A stretch of 60,662 nucleotides of DNA, filler included, from Hausera hauseri (GCA_046269625.1; 10 parts of 10 records of this genome joined end to end with filler, not necessarily neighbours in it), one strand, 5' to 3'; shown: positions 24,520 through 38,199, counted from the whole stretch's first letter. Numbers and translations are program-made. The notes: generated from the letters alone by a model not told the origin.

Positions 24520-25754
24520 AAGGCTGTCCCGTTCAAAAACCCAGCAGACTAAAACGCGTATATCTTCCGAACCATTTGACCAATTTTCAAAAGTAAACCA
24601 ATTGTAGAAACATTTAATTTCGAATAAAACTACATATCAAAGAAGTAAATAAAAATTTTTTTTGATAAATTTTTTTTATTTTTTCTGGAACTCTTCCATC
24701 ATACTTTTTAAGGAGCTTTCAGCCACTTTCTCTGACGACCTCTTCCACTTTCTCATGAAATCTTACAGACTTTTGGAAGCTCCTTTTGTCTCCTTCAAAT
24801 CTCTTTTTACCGGAGCCCAATGTCTTTCGATTGGCCTGAGCTCTGCGCAATTTGGTGGGTTTGCTTTCTTTGGAACAAAAACCACTCCACAGTCGCCCTA
24901 CTGTAGTGGCATGAAGCTAAATCTGTCCAAAAGAATGCTGACACACTGTGCTAACGTAAAAATGGCAAAAGTTTGTAAATTGATGTAATTTGTTGAGTCA
25001 ACAGTGCCTAGAACCACGAAAAATTTTCTCCTTTTCCCACAAGCGCATATTGCTTGCCAAACGAGGAATCTTTTGAGAAATTTCTACTGTTTCCTGGTTC
25101 TAAATTGTTCGTCGACATTCCCTCTACTGTCTGCAACATAAAACTCCTGTCTAGGAAGCTGTGAGAACTCGGCCAACGCATAAGTTTCGTCGTCCCCAGG
25201 AGTAACGAAATTTTGAGAAAAGATCAGCTTTTAACTTTCGGGCACGTTATTTTTCCAGTTCCTTCTTCATGGCGTTCCTATCTGGCACTTTTGGCTTTAC
25301 AGGTCTTTAGTCCACTTTTTTAATTCTGTGAACAGTTGATCTTGGGCAATCCACTTTTTGAGCAAGTTTCTGTACAGAGGTATTGGGTTTCATCTTAAAA
25401 ATTTCAAAAACTTTTTGGCTGTTCTTGGACTCCGAAAACCCTTTTTCCATCCGGATCCTTCTTTGAGGTTGATTGTCATGTCTTCTTGGAAACATATGAT
25501 GACATTTGAAACCGCTCCTCTGTAAACGTCAGCCTCCTTTGCGATTTCGATGAAGCTCCATTCCGAGTGTTCTTGAAAATTTTTTATAATGAATTTGCGT
25601 GTTTCCGCTTGACTTGCCATTTTTAAACTGACAACGAATAGATTACTAAACAAACTGTTTCAATGGCCTACTTGATAAAAAATTTGTTATTTTTTGAAGT
25701 GGTTTTAAAATTATACGAGTTTTAGTCTGCTGGGTTTTTAAATGGGACAGTCCA
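24520..25754 (-). mobile_element. Tc1/mariner superfamily transposon, DD37E (ITmD37E)-like, degenerate
   Basis: TIRs of about 43 bp (..CTGTCCCrTTyAAAAACCCAGCAGACTAAAAC.CGTATA) flanked by TA. Transposase starts at ATG 25620 and has DDETYALAEFSQLPRQEFY, WQAIC, FWTDLASCHY and NPPNCAELRPIERHW. Frameshifts and internal deletions. Confidence 0.9.
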
Positions 25755-26160
25755 TAAGACTTTATGACATTTATGATTCAATAATCCTATTTCGGGATTT
25801 TACAATTTTTAAAAGTCTGCCTAGACAGAATAAAATTTCACTGAAATTTACGGATTATTGTAAAAGTTATTAATTTCCGGTGTGTCTGAAAATTGATTTT
25901 TAAAATTTCCCGTTTGCCGAGAAATATTATTTGTCATATTCGTTGTCCATTCCGTTCAGTATTGATTATGTCTTTGTACAATTATTTGAATGTAAATTGG
26001 CAAATTTGAGACATTATTCACTGAAAATGTGGCAAAATGTTTCAAAGATAATTGCGACTTGAATGAGAATTTTCGGAAAATGCAGGTGCGAATGTTGTTG
26101 GTTGAATTTCCCCTGCAACGAGCTGCCAACAACGAATATTTTCATACAACTAATTTTCAG

Positions 26161-26912
26161 ATCGTCGTAATGGAAAATGCGAGAAAATTGGCCGAGGAAA
26201 ATTCTGAAATGAAAGAAAATTTACAGAAAAATTTGGTACTAATTTACGAGTTGATATTTACGGGCTACAATAAAATAAAAATGCTGTTGTGTTTATTCTG
26301 ACCCTTCTGTAGGACAAGTTGCGTCAATTTGTGGATGGCAGAAAGCGACATGTTGATAAGAAATTTTGTGAGGTTGCTGTTGATTTGAAGAAAATTCGGC
26401 AAGTGCAAGTGAGATAATTTGATGAAGGTTTGCTGCAGAATGTCCAATTTAATATCGAGTTTGTGTGGCGTGTACCAAATATAACCGATAAAAAACGGGA
26501 TGCAGAAGTAATGGAAAATGAAGTTATCGCGAGTGAATATTTTTTTACCCATCGCAATGGATACCGCATGATAATGAGTTTATATCCCAATGGAGATGGT
26601 GATGGCAAAGGAACTCATTTATCATTATTTTTTGTAATATGCAAAGGTCCGTTTGATGATATTCTGCAGTGGCCAATGAAGAAGAAAATCAAATTGGCCA
26701 TTGTTAATCAGCGAACTGGTGGCGATTACAAACCAGTTGAGTTCTGTTATGAAATGGATAAGGATAAAAATGCAGATGTTTATCAAAAACCGACAAATGA
26801 AAAAAACTGTTCATTTGGTTATGAGAAATTCATCAGTTGGAACGAACTACGATCGAATGCTAATATAATGAAAAACGACGTCATTTTCTTCAAATGCACA
26901 ATATCTGACTGA
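26161..26912 (+). CDS. TRAF-family coiled-coil plus MATH domain protein (partial, possibly a pseudogene)
   Basis: FTHRNGYRMIMSLYPNGDGDGKGTHLSLFFVICKGPFDDILQWP...FGYEKFI is the TRAF MATH signature. Upstream coiled-coil exon 26161-26235. In-frame TAA at about 26415 in the exon starting 26313. Confidence 0.85.
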
Positions 26913-29035
26913 ACAATACAACAGAATATTTCGACTGTTTTGTTTTCTGTTTGATGTTGCGGTGATTCAAATAAATGTTACGTTTCATTTATTCTACTTG
27001 CTGAAACTTTGCAAATATTCAACGCTGTTTAGTATTCATTTAATAGATTCATCTGACTGCATACTAATCATTTCATTTTCATTTGCTAAATGTTTGTTGA
27101 AGTAAAACTATCCCATCTGCATAGTTCATGTAACCGCTACAACCCCACAAATGAACTAATCGAATACTCCTATATTTATGATTTGTCCATGTTTCATCAG
27201 CAGTAATACTCCATAAATTTATGACAATTTAGCACTAACAAAATGAACTCCAATGTCATGTAGAAAATTGTACGTTCGTAATAAACTCCACACATGAATT
27301 TTATATTTGCCGAATATACCTTTATTTCGCAGAACAGCGATTATAAATTTAATATTGAAAAAAGTAAGACAAAGTAGTACAAATGTTAATGCTCATGTAC
27401 GATAAACGACAAAGTAACATTGGGTTGCCAATAATGAATTTGTCAAAGAATTCTGAAATTTCATTGATTTCTTAAATAGATAATTGATTGTTAAATTATC
27501 TTAAATATGATACTTCTTCCATAAGTGGTTTGTCATACACAAACAGATTTATCTGTATTTTTGTGTGTATATTTGTTTTCATATCTGGGAAGTAACTCAG
27601 AAATTTCGGGATAGGAGTAAACAGTGCCGTACTGTAGTTTACTTTGTTGGAAGAATAAGCAATATTCGAGACTAAATTTCAACCAGTTAAACCGGATTAC
27701 TTTTATTGTGCTTGAAACTTTATAAGCAGAACATTTGAGTTTTATTGGTTTATCAAATTGGTGTATTTTTCATACAAATGTATTTATAAAAGTCATGGTA
27801 TTTTCTACATTTGCATTAAATCATAAAAAGGTTGTCCAGTAACAACGCAATTAGGGTATTTAAATGAATATCTTCCAAATTCGATTCTTTTAATTCAAGA
27901 AATATCAATTTCTTAACATTCGATCTTGCGTTATTATTAATTAAATTACCGTAGTTAAGTTATCTATAACTAACAAGAAGACGAATTTTACTGTAAATCT
28001 GGGTTTATTTATAACAGATAGTGAGAAAAATGTGCAAAACATTATGTTGATTAATAATAGGAAAAAAACTTTTCCCAGGAAGCCAAAATAACGCATTCGG
28101 AGTCTTTAAATGTAACAGCTTTTCGCACTTGTTCTAATCTCCCATTCTTTCTCGGCAAAACGTTTTTTTCATATTATTAATTCAGAATTATGTTCTTCTT
28201 GTGTCTCTGACTATTAGTTATAAAAATATCCAGATCTACAGTTAAATTCTTTTCCATGTAAGCTCCACAGTTGGCATTTTAGAGTGGGCAATATTTTGGA
28301 TATTGCAAAAGTTTTGTAGAAGTAATAATATTCTCATCAATGACAACCACAGTCCAGAATCTCTCATGAGAAATTGAGTATATACGTGTCAATAATCACC
28401 ATTAGTTTTGGTTATGAATATTAAAAGGTTAGTTCAAACTCGTTTTCATTCATGATTCTGTAAGCGGTGTACTGAAATTAATTACAAAAAATATATATAG
28501 ATTGGACGAAAGTCATGAAAATAGGGAGTTCGAAGGAGTTAAATGATGCATAGGAAAATTAATGTCCATACTACCAAATCGCAAATTGTTATAAAAAATT
28601 TCTAATAAATAAGAAAAAAGGAGTTATTCGAAGGTCATTCAAGGTTTGGTTGCTCGAAGTCAATCCGTATAGATGAAATACTATTGGGTTATCCGAGAAA
28701 CAATGTGCGCTTTTTCAATAAAATATTACATGTTTTATCCGACCACCCCTGATCACCTTTCGGATAATTTGAGCATCCATCAGTGTTGATATATTATTGA
28801 TTGCATGATAAATGATAAACTCTTAACAATTCCTTCTCCAAAAAGTGAAATAATTGATAGTCCGACAGGTTAATAACATGAAAGCCAGGTGAGTGAGGCA
28901 GCATGTCCCAAACATGTTCATGTAATTCCTTACGGNNNNNNNNNNNNNNNNNNNNNNNNNNNNNNNNNNNNNNNNNNNNTTAATTAATTAANNNNNNNNN
29001 NNNNNNNNNNNNNNNNNNNNNNNNNNNNNNNNNNN

Positions 29036-31153
29036 TATCTTTCATATGGTGAACATTAGGGTTATATTTTGATTCTTTTTGATATTGAGCAAAATAGTTT
29101 TTCTGCATATCAAGATAGAAGGATATGAGTTCTTTTCTTAAATAATCTGATGATTCCCATAAATAATTTGCGCACTGGATACTTTGGTGAATGTCTTAGT
29201 TGTTCCTTTGGCGGGATGTTATTTCGTTTTGATACATTATTGCCATACTTTCTCTGGTCGGATTAAGTCGTTTAATTCTCTCTTTCCATTCTAATTGCAT
29301 TACATGAGTTTTTCTAAGGTCATTAATCATTATTTTCTTGTCTGGAGCTTGATCCAGTGTGATTAAAGGATTTCTATTATCCAAAGGTAGATGAGCTACT
29401 CGGTTAGCGACTGCATATAATTCATATTCCTCCGTGGAAAATTCATGCCGGTCTCTACAAAGTTTATTTATATCACTAAATATTGGAACGACTTCATTAG
29501 CAGTTAAGTATGGATGATCTGTTATTGATTCAACTCCTTTGGCGATTAGCGCTATGATTATTTGTGTCTCTTCAGAAAGTATGTCAAAGGGAGAATAAAT
29601 CTCTTCTTTTATATAATTGATAATGTCTTCATTCTGTGTTTTTAGGAGTAGATAATGCTGATTAAGTTTTGGATCTTTGGCATAAATAACCAAATTCAAC
29701 TGAACTGTAGTATTCAAGTTTAACCATTCTGCATCTTGTTCAAATCCTTTAACAAAGACTTCTTCTGCTCTTTTTTCTTCTTGTAACCTTTTACGTTCAT
29801 AATTCTCTATTTGCCGAGATAACGGTAGGTGTGAGTTTAAGGTGAAACTTTGGGGTTTGTATGTCTCTACTTGTTTAACACAATAATTATCTACACGTTC
29901 AATATCTTTCTTTTCGCATTCGAGTGTCAATGGTTTATTAATTGTTATTTCCTTTAATCGTGCTGTGGTTCGACGTTTTATTAATTTCGGTTCGATAGTT
30001 GAGACTTCTTCTATTATAGTACGTCCCTCAGTTGGAGTAATATCCTCGTCACTATTTGATTGTTCAGCTGTTTTCATATGGAACATTAGATTAACGTAAA
30101 TTAGTAGTATCAGCCAAATAGACGGACTTTCTTGTGTAACATTTAGTATCGATGGAGTGGCTTCTGCTGTTCCAAATAATATAAATGGAATAATGAGTAA
30201 TATTAATATTGGATAAGTTAATCCATTACTAATTATGCTGAACTGGTTTCTGTTGAATGATATCTTTTCATTGGCTTTTCTTTCTTTATTAGTACTTGAA
30301 GTACTTACATCAATAGGTCCGAATGCATTCGTGCTGGCCTTATCACTACCAATTATCCGACCGTTAGAGTCATTACTACGAATATCGACAACAAATCGTC
30401 GCTTTCTTTCTTGTAATGTACGTCTGTCTATTCCTCCATTTTGGATAAATTTTTATTATAATGTAAACTTAAGATTCGCTCATCAAAAGCATTTGTTCTT
30501 CTGAGGCTCCTTGTCATAACTGCTGCTGTTTCTTCATCATTAACTACATTTTGTCTGCGAGTGTTTATTATCCTTTTTCTTTCTTCTTTAAATGGTTTAG
30601 CTATTTCGTCATTATCATTTAATTCACAAAATATTATATGATACCGTATTGCATTTAGTTTACCTAAAAATCTACTTGCATTTACTGTATCAAATCTATC
30701 TATATCCATATAATCCTCTGGGGTCAATATGGTGTTCACATCTCGTCCCAAGTAATCGTTCCACACTATCCGTGCTTCGTCTCCCTCAAAAAGTTTTATA
30801 TCCTCTCGAATAAGATTATCCTTTATAGCCATAATTGTGCAGGTCATCCAACAATTAATCGCATAAGCTTCAGACTGAGAATTAGCATTTAACTCCTTAC
30901 CGTAATACCTAAACAAGTCCAAACATCAATTAGCTATCTTTAGTATTCTTTTAGGTGTTCTACTTGCTATTAATTTCGGAGAGTGTCTTTGAAGATAGTT
31001 AGTTATACTGGTTATAGGGAATGACAGTGGTCTCTTTTGCAAAAAGTGAGTAATTAACATTCGTTCTCTTCGACTTCCGATAAATAGGGGTTGATATTTG
31101 TTTCTATCTCCGTATACTACAGGTTCTTGATTTCTATGCTTCTTAAAATGCAA
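29036..31153 (-). pseudogene. Long degenerate ORF of unknown family with two hydrophobic segments, probably retroelement-derived
   Basis: ORFs 30926-31153, 30428-30922 and 29196-30086 join through one stop and one frameshift. The last frame is open upstream to about 30460 and includes YPILILLIIPFILFG and IWLILLIYVNLMF. Confidence 0.45.
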
Positions 31154-31200
31154 AACGGTTCATATACAACGTTACTCGTCAGTATCAGTTAACAATTAGG

Positions 31201-31680
31201 CTGGAATGGATGATGGGATCAATAAATTTCAGAGCGAGTACAATATTAAACAGAAATGGTAAGTAGTATTTGAGAGTTAATTACAGTAACGAATTATGTC
31301 AAACAGTCATTCACAACTTGAAATTCAAGTCACTAAATATCATCAGTAAAATTGTTTTATATGACGATGCTTTTTATTTCAATGCAACTAATGAATTTAA
31401 CTTATCATCAGGTATACTGAATAAAGCATTATCTATAAATCCAGATATTAATCTAACCTTGTATAACGAAATGTATCAAATTCATATATTGATTGAGTTG
31501 TGACATTGAAAATTCCGTAGCCGTTAATTGGATTAGCAAACAGTTTATTAAGTGGTTAAAAAGTGATTTTCTAATTCAATTTCCAAAACATTTGACTCGA
31601 ATAATTATTCATTACGGTATAAAATTCAATGATAAATATGAGTATTGGAAAAGAGTGTGGAAAATATTTACTGAGTCGAA
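31201..31680 (+). pseudogene. Fragment of an M1 aminopeptidase C-terminal (ERAP1_C-like) domain
   Basis: ILNRNGK*YLRVNYS...L...IISKIVLYDDAF, followed by FIKW...FPKHL..IIIHYGIK...YWKRVW. No introns, internally shortened, with stops. Confidence 0.6.
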
Positions 31681-31829
31681 TGGATCTGTTGACATTAGAA
31701 ACGACGATTTAGCTGTAGGGCTTTATGGAACATCGAAAGCTTATTTCATAGAAATGTTTTACGTAGATATTTGAATAATCGTACACATAAAACGGATACC
31801 TTCAAATGCTACGATTTATTTGGATTATT

Positions 31830-32160
31830 ACGATTTATTTCTGCAACTACAGACGACTGCACTATAGGATTATGGGACGAAGGCAGATTAATCTGCGTAA
31901 TTAGTCTGTCGTTCTCAATCACTTTTTTAACCTGGTTGACCGACGTTTATGATTCAGATTTTGACAAACCAGTTTTAATTGTACTATCATCTGGCAGCAT
32001 TTAATTTCGCGAAATTGACTTTCGACCTTTTGAAACCGACTGCCGTCTTAATCTATACGTTCACATCGCATCGGTTTTTCAACTGTCCATCTCTCAAAAA
32101 TCATGTTTCATAGCCAGTGGCTACAGCAACGGTTTGATTAATTTTTGGCACATCAAAGAT
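31830..32160 (+). pseudogene. WD40-repeat fragments
   Basis: FISATTDDCTIGLWD and VFQLSISQKSCFIASGYSNGLINFWHIKD. Confidence 0.5.
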
Positions 32161-32772
32161 AGCTGTTTGTTAATCCACCGTTCAAATTTAAACAAATATG
32201 ACAACTGTATCAATTGGTGAATTCAATTTGCGACCCACTATTTTAAAATTAAAGCACGATTCGCATCCAGTAAAAACATTGAATGTTTGAATTTGTTACC
32301 GCTAACAATGTATCGAAGTACTGGTCGTCTTACAACGATGATCACTCATACAATGGATTCTCTGGTTGAGGGACCGAGCGTACCCGCCCCCGTTGCGCCA
32401 TGTCCCTTTTCTTTTCTCATCTTTACTAATACTAAACATGTCCACACATTAAGGGTGACACACAAAAACAGCTCATATTCTCTATACTGAATTGTCCTTT
32501 TTTGGCTTTTTCGATTTTTATCTTATGAACAACGATCTAACTTTGCAACCTTACGACTCTTTTTCATCCTTTGCGCCCGAAAAATATTTCATCACTCTCA
32601 CGGTCCATTTTTACATCCGTGGTGGATCAGACCTTCATCCTTCTACTGAACACTTAACAAAAACTAGATTTGGTCGTCTTCCTGTCGACAGCACACCAAC
32701 AACTCCAAATCTCCCCTGCACGGATTTTTTCTAGAAAAGACGATTTCTAGTCGTACCCGGCTTCAGTTCCAT

Positions 32773-33648
32773 TTGCAATGGCTTAAAGCCATTCATATTA
32801 CAGATTCCTTTCTGCGGGCTAACAGTTTGCTGCAAATCAGTAATCTGGTTGACATACTCTTTTCTTCAAGCCCGTATGGTATGCTGTATGAATCGGTTCT
32901 ACATATCGCCGACCATTCCATCGACAGCATAATCCAGAAGTATTTTAACGAACACGCCATCGGAAATCAAAAACCATCGGATTTTCTTAAAATTGCCATC
33001 TCGCAATTGAGCTCTTTGGGCGTTACTCCCACAAACAATGCCAATCTTCTTCGTCGGTATTTTCTTTCATCTTTGCCAACCTCTATTCTAGCTTTGCTTA
33101 CTGTAGTAGATGACTCTACTGCCCTCGAAAAGCTTGCCTTATTGGCAGACAAGAGCTTTGATATTCTGCTGTCTAGTAACTCGCAGCCAGTAGTCACAGT
33201 AACTGCTCACACACTTCCAGACAACACGTTATTTGCACAACAACTGAAAATGATGCAGAAACAATTCGATACCTTCCAACAAGCAATTTCTGTGATCACA
33301 GCCCAACTCAGTGACTTCTCCTTGCCTCGAGGAAGCGAAAATTGTATTTCTCATAATCGCAGTGTTTCTAGGCACTCTTGTTCTAAATCTAGGGATGATA
33401 AAATGAGGTGCTTTTATCACAACAAATTCCGCAGAGATTCAAGGAAATGTGTTTTAGGCTGTCGATTCTACGATGTAAAATATGCCATAGACAATCCAAT
33501 CTGCATCTATCACGCAAAGTACCAGTCCAAGCCTAGGTCATGCGTGCCAGGATATAAACATTATAAAAGTAATTCTAGTTCTTTATCTTCGTCTCCGCGC
33601 ACTCACCATTCCTCCTCTTTCTACCAACAAGTCTCAAAAAACCAATAA
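32773..33648 (+). CDS. Gag with tandem CHCC zinc motifs
   Basis: GNQKPSDFL, FLSSLP and LA.LADK (capsid); CFYHNKF....RKC...C and CIYHAKY....RSC. Confidence 0.85.
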   Translation: MQWLKAIHITDSFLRANSLLQISNLVDILFSSSPYGMLYESVLHIADHSIDSIIQKYFNEHAIGNQKPSDFLKIAISQLSSLGVTPTNNANLLRRYFLSSLPTSILALLTVVDDSTALEKLALLADKSFDILLSSNSQPVVTVTAHTLPDNTLFAQQLKMMQKQFDTFQQAISVITAQLSDFSLPRGSENCISHNRSVSRHSCSKSRDDKMRCFYHNKFRRDSRKCVLGCRFYDVKYAIDNPICIYHAKYQSKPRSCVPGYKHYKSNSSSLSSSPRTHHSSSFYQQVSKNQ

Positions 33649-33678
33649 TGCCACCAGATGCTACGGCACATTCTGGTA
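33636..33678 (+). promoter_or_regulatory. -1 ribosomal frameshift signal at the gag-pol junction
   Basis: A_AAA_AAC in the gag frame, a 6-nt spacer, then TGCC/GGCA and ACCAGA/TCTGGT pairings. The -1 frame reads into FLIDSGA. Confidence 0.7.
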
Positions 33679-36600
33679 CAGGCAATATCATTCAATCTTT
33701 TGGCCGTTTCAACACCGTTTCTGCAGTTTTTCTGTTGAAAGCTGATTTGTTCTTTGGAGAGATATCACACATAGACTTCCTTATTGATTCAGGAGCTGCA
33801 TTTTAACTTCTTCCTTTGTCTTTCGCTCCTACATCTAACACACTTTTCTCTCCTCCACTTTTCACTGCCTGTGGTCAATCTTTGAACATTGTAGGTACCA
33901 CAAAACTGAACTTCACATTCTCCAACATACCAGGGAAATTTTCCTGCAATTTTCACATAGCTAATATCAGATCGCCCATAATAGGCTCCGATTTCTTGGC
34001 TGCATACGACTTGTTAGTCGACTTCAAGCATAAATGCCTCTTGCGAAGAAACTTCGTTGCAAATTCTAACATATGCTCACCAAACTACCAGTCGGACACT
34101 TTGTTTTCCTCTGCTCATTTAAATGTCAATTTCACATCGTGTTCATCAATTGACAAAAACACGTTTAACATTTCATCAATATTTTTAATCTCGTCAAGTG
34201 GGAACAAATCAATTTTGAAACATTCGGCTGAACCAAATGTCGTTAATGAAGCATTTATTCATTCTGCATCAATTACAGCAACTGACTCTTATAATGATAT
34301 GCCATCATCATTCTTATCGTTGGGTTCTGACCTTAAATACTACATTAAAACGTCTTGTTCCCGTACTCTTAAGACGGACATCAATTTTAAGCCGCATTCT
34401 ACAACATATCACTAGATAGTCACCGAACACCAGAGACCTATTAGACAAAAGGCAAGGCCACTTTCACCTAGCATACGAAAAGCTCTTGAATCAGAGTTTA
34501 ATGAACTGGAAAAGGCGGGCATTATTTGACGACCCAAAGCACCATGGGCTTCGCCTTTACATGTAGTGACGAAGAAAGATGGCACATACAGACCATGCGG
34601 TGATTATTAGCAGTTAAATAATCTAACAGTCATGGATGTTTATCCTTTACCTATCATAAATGACATCCTGCACAGCCTTACAAACACTAAAGCGTACTCC
34701 ACAATTGACTTGCATAAGGCATATCATCAAATTCCGGTTGCACCTGATAGTATTCCAAAAACTGCAATCTTTACTCCATTTGGCCTCTACGAGTATATCT
34801 TTATGCCATTTGGTTTACGTAATGCTTCTCAAACTTTCCAACGGCACATTGATGCCGTACTATTAGGCCTAGATTTTACTCATTTATACATTGGTGACAT
34901 ATTAGTTGCCTTTGCATCCGTCAAACAACATCAAGAACACCTTCGTATCATTTTTTACAAATTACATCATAGCAATTTGCAAGTCAACTTCTCCAAGTGT
35001 CATTTCTTTCAAAATCGTGTTAATTTCTTAGGTCACGTCATTACTCCTCACGGCTACTCTTCACAACCGGATCGACTACAACAACTGAAGAACATAACTC
35101 TGCCAACGACTACCACGGACATGAGAAGTTTCTCAGGCACACTCCACTTCATCCACAAATACGTACCACATTGCTCTGAGCTTACAGCACCTTTCGCAAA
35201 TCTATCATCCGGTAAAAAGTGGCAGTTGATCCACTGGACTCCTGATCTGGTAACCAAATTTGATCACTTGCGCGAAGGTCTTAAAACCGTAGAAATACTG
35301 GCTTATCCCAAACCCAACGCAGATCTTATACCTACAACCGGTGACTCAACCACAGCTACTGGCGCTGTACTACACCAGATCTCTCATGGCGTCGACGATC
35401 CATAAGAATTCTATTCTAGGAAGCTAACACAACCTGACAGCCGTTACTCCACATTTAAACGCGAGTTACTCGCCATAGTTCTGGCAGTAAAACACTTCAT
35501 ACACTTACTTCTATCTCGTCTATTCGTAATTGAAACTGACCATAAGCCTCTCCTGCACATTATGTCGTTAAAAGAGCATCACCGAGGCAAGAGTGACATA
35601 TTTCATACCTGTCTACGTGTAGTTTTGCTTTGGAATATATCTCAGGCACAGATAACTTATTAGATGACTTTCTATCGAGTTCGATTGGATCCATTACAGT
35701 TGAGCCGATTTTTTCATCTGAAGTCTTAAAGGCCAATCAACCATTGGCTGATTTACTCAGTTCTTTCAAATCCTACGAGATCATTGATGGAATAGCATTT
35801 GATACGTCTAATACAGGTAATAAAAAGGTCATTCTAGCCAGCTTTTGTTTATACGCATTCACTCCATCATCCAATTTCGAAAGCTACTTTTCGCCTGCTT
35901 CAGCGTCATGTAGTATGACCATCAATGCGTAAAGATGTACAGGACTGGTTTAAAGAATGCATAGCCTGTTAAAAATACAAGATTAACAAACACCTTAAAC
36001 CACCACTTTACCACTTTCCCTGTACATCACGCTTTTATACAGTTCATCTTGATCTAGTTGGACCTTTACCTGCCGACAACGGATATCAACACATACTTAC
36101 TATGATGGATCGTGCTTCTCGTTGGCATGAAGCCGTTCCTCTTCGTTCGACAAACACTGATTCAGTAGCCGACGCTTTTATTAAAATCTGGATCAGTCGC
36201 TTTGGTTCCCCACGCTACATAATAACGGATCAAGGTTCACAATTTGAGTCGGAATTTTTCAAGTCACTTGTCATACGCTTGGGAATATCCCATTTTCACA
36301 CTACATCATGTCATCCTCAAGCAAACGGCCTTCTTGAAAGGTTCCACCGTACAATGAAAGTTTCCTTAAAAATCTTGGCTGACACTCATCGTAATTGCAC
36401 GTCCATTCTATCTTTTGATCTATTAGGGAGGCGCACCACACCTTCGACTACTACCGGTTGTGCTCCAGCCGAAGCACTCTTTGAGACTCCAATTCGGGCC
36501 TTATTTGAGCTTTCTGATCTTCACTACAACCCCACAGACGAAAACATTCGTGCTGCACAATCTCACTTCGTCGAGGTCAGCTCAGATTCATTCTGTCGCT

Positions 36601-37073
36601 TCTTTAACAACAACAAATCCTACATTCCGAAGAATTTATACTACGTCAAGTTTGTGTGGTTAAAAGATCAATCTCCTTCTAGTTTTAGACCTCAATATGT
36701 TAGCCCGTACAAACTGCTGAATCTTTCATCTCACACAGCAACAATCTTACGCCAAGATAAACCGTACAATGTCCAAGTTTCAAATCTGAAGCCTGCCTTC
36801 TTCATTGACAACTTTCCAGATAACAATTCTACATTCAATTTGGACTCAGCTAGCACTTCTACTGACTTTCTAAACGATTTTGCGCCGGTGCGGCAATCAC
36901 TACTTGATTACGCTCAATCATCATCATTTCCTCCATCCGGCTCACTTCCCTCTCCGTCATCATGCTCACCACCTTCACCTCCTTTCTTGCTTGAATCATT
37001 TTCGCTGTCATTTCCATCAGAAAATATCACACAACAGCCAGCACAAATCTATCGAGTAAGCCACGCAGGGTAA
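33642..37073 (+). pseudogene. Gypsy pol (PR-RT-RH-IN)
   Basis: FLIDSGA and IIGSDFL; IDLHKAYHQI, MPFGLRNA and YIGD (mutated YxDD); ETDHKPL; HLDLVGPLP, ITDQGSQF and HPQANGLLERFHR. Confidence 0.92.
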
Positions 37074-38199
37074 CATTCAATACGTACAGCAGAGAAAAGT
37101 TCATTGATAGTACACAACGCATAACTCACACTAAAACCGAATAGGCACCAAACGTTGCTCTTTTTTATCACTCATTTGCTCTCATCTATATTATCTTCAT
37201 TTTTTCCTTTTCACCTTTACATAGTTTCTCTTCTACACGGGAGGGGGGGTGATGTGGTGCCACGGTCGCTGGTTCAGCTTGGTTTTTTCACCGCGGCAGT
37301 TGCTGATAAATGTCCAATTTCTCTATCGTTATTACTCGTCATTCTCCGATTGTTTGAATTGATTTATCACATCAAACCGAATGGAAAATTCGAATCAAAC
37401 GATTTCTCCTGAAGTAGAAAATCTACTCTACCAGTTATCCGACACTGCTCTTTCTGTTGGTATCGCCAACTCCAGTTTTTATCATTCTCTATTACAGATT
37501 CTACATGCTTTGTTACTTAAAACAACCCTACATTCGAAATGCCGATGGTATTGTATTTACGACCTGAGAATTTTTATCCATGTAAATGTCGATGAATTGT
37601 CAAGGAGTGTGTTGATTGAGTTCGTCGTAAATTTTGTCGGTTTCGCCAACATACTCACGAGTCTTGATTCGATTTTTCAATTTTATTATCTACTTTATAT
37701 CATGCCCGTCTTTTAAACGATTTTTGTTTTATGAAGCGACTGAAACGTTGCCAATGTAATGTTGCAACATACTCCGTTGATAAACAGTCTCAGTATAGCA
37801 GAAAGCGGCTTAATGAAGAGACATTTTGTTCGTACAAATAAGATTGTATATAAATTAAAAAAAATACAGAAAACAGTCAATCCGTTGTTTCATTATCTTT
37901 CTTTGTTTATCAAATGGATTTATTCGATAAGAGATCAAAGTCAAAAATCCTTTTGCAGTCATTTATGCACTTATTCTTATGTACTCCACAAAAATATACG
38001 TTACGTGACATTTTGGTAAAAATAAGAAAATTAACGCAATTTGCAAGGCAATACAGTTTATTTCTACGGCCCTTACTACGATCATAACCTTCAGTAAGGA
38101 GTTACGAAAACATGATACATGTGGTGAAAACAGAACTTTTCAAAATCCCGTCCTTGATTTCCAAATAAGACAATTTACTGGAGTATAGATCACGATTCA

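Larger units (their letters stand above)
32215..37253 (+). mobile_element. Ty3/Gypsy element of the CsRn1-like clade (internal region), degenerate
   Basis: PBS-like TGGTGA at 32215 after ..TATCA. CHCC gag, then pol. PPT GGGAGGGGGGG at 37239-37249 followed by TGTGG. Confidence 0.8.

Noticed and set aside
26950-28935. Long AT-rich stretches (also 43000-44387)
   Set aside because: No supportable ORF, RNA gene or repeat structure recognised.
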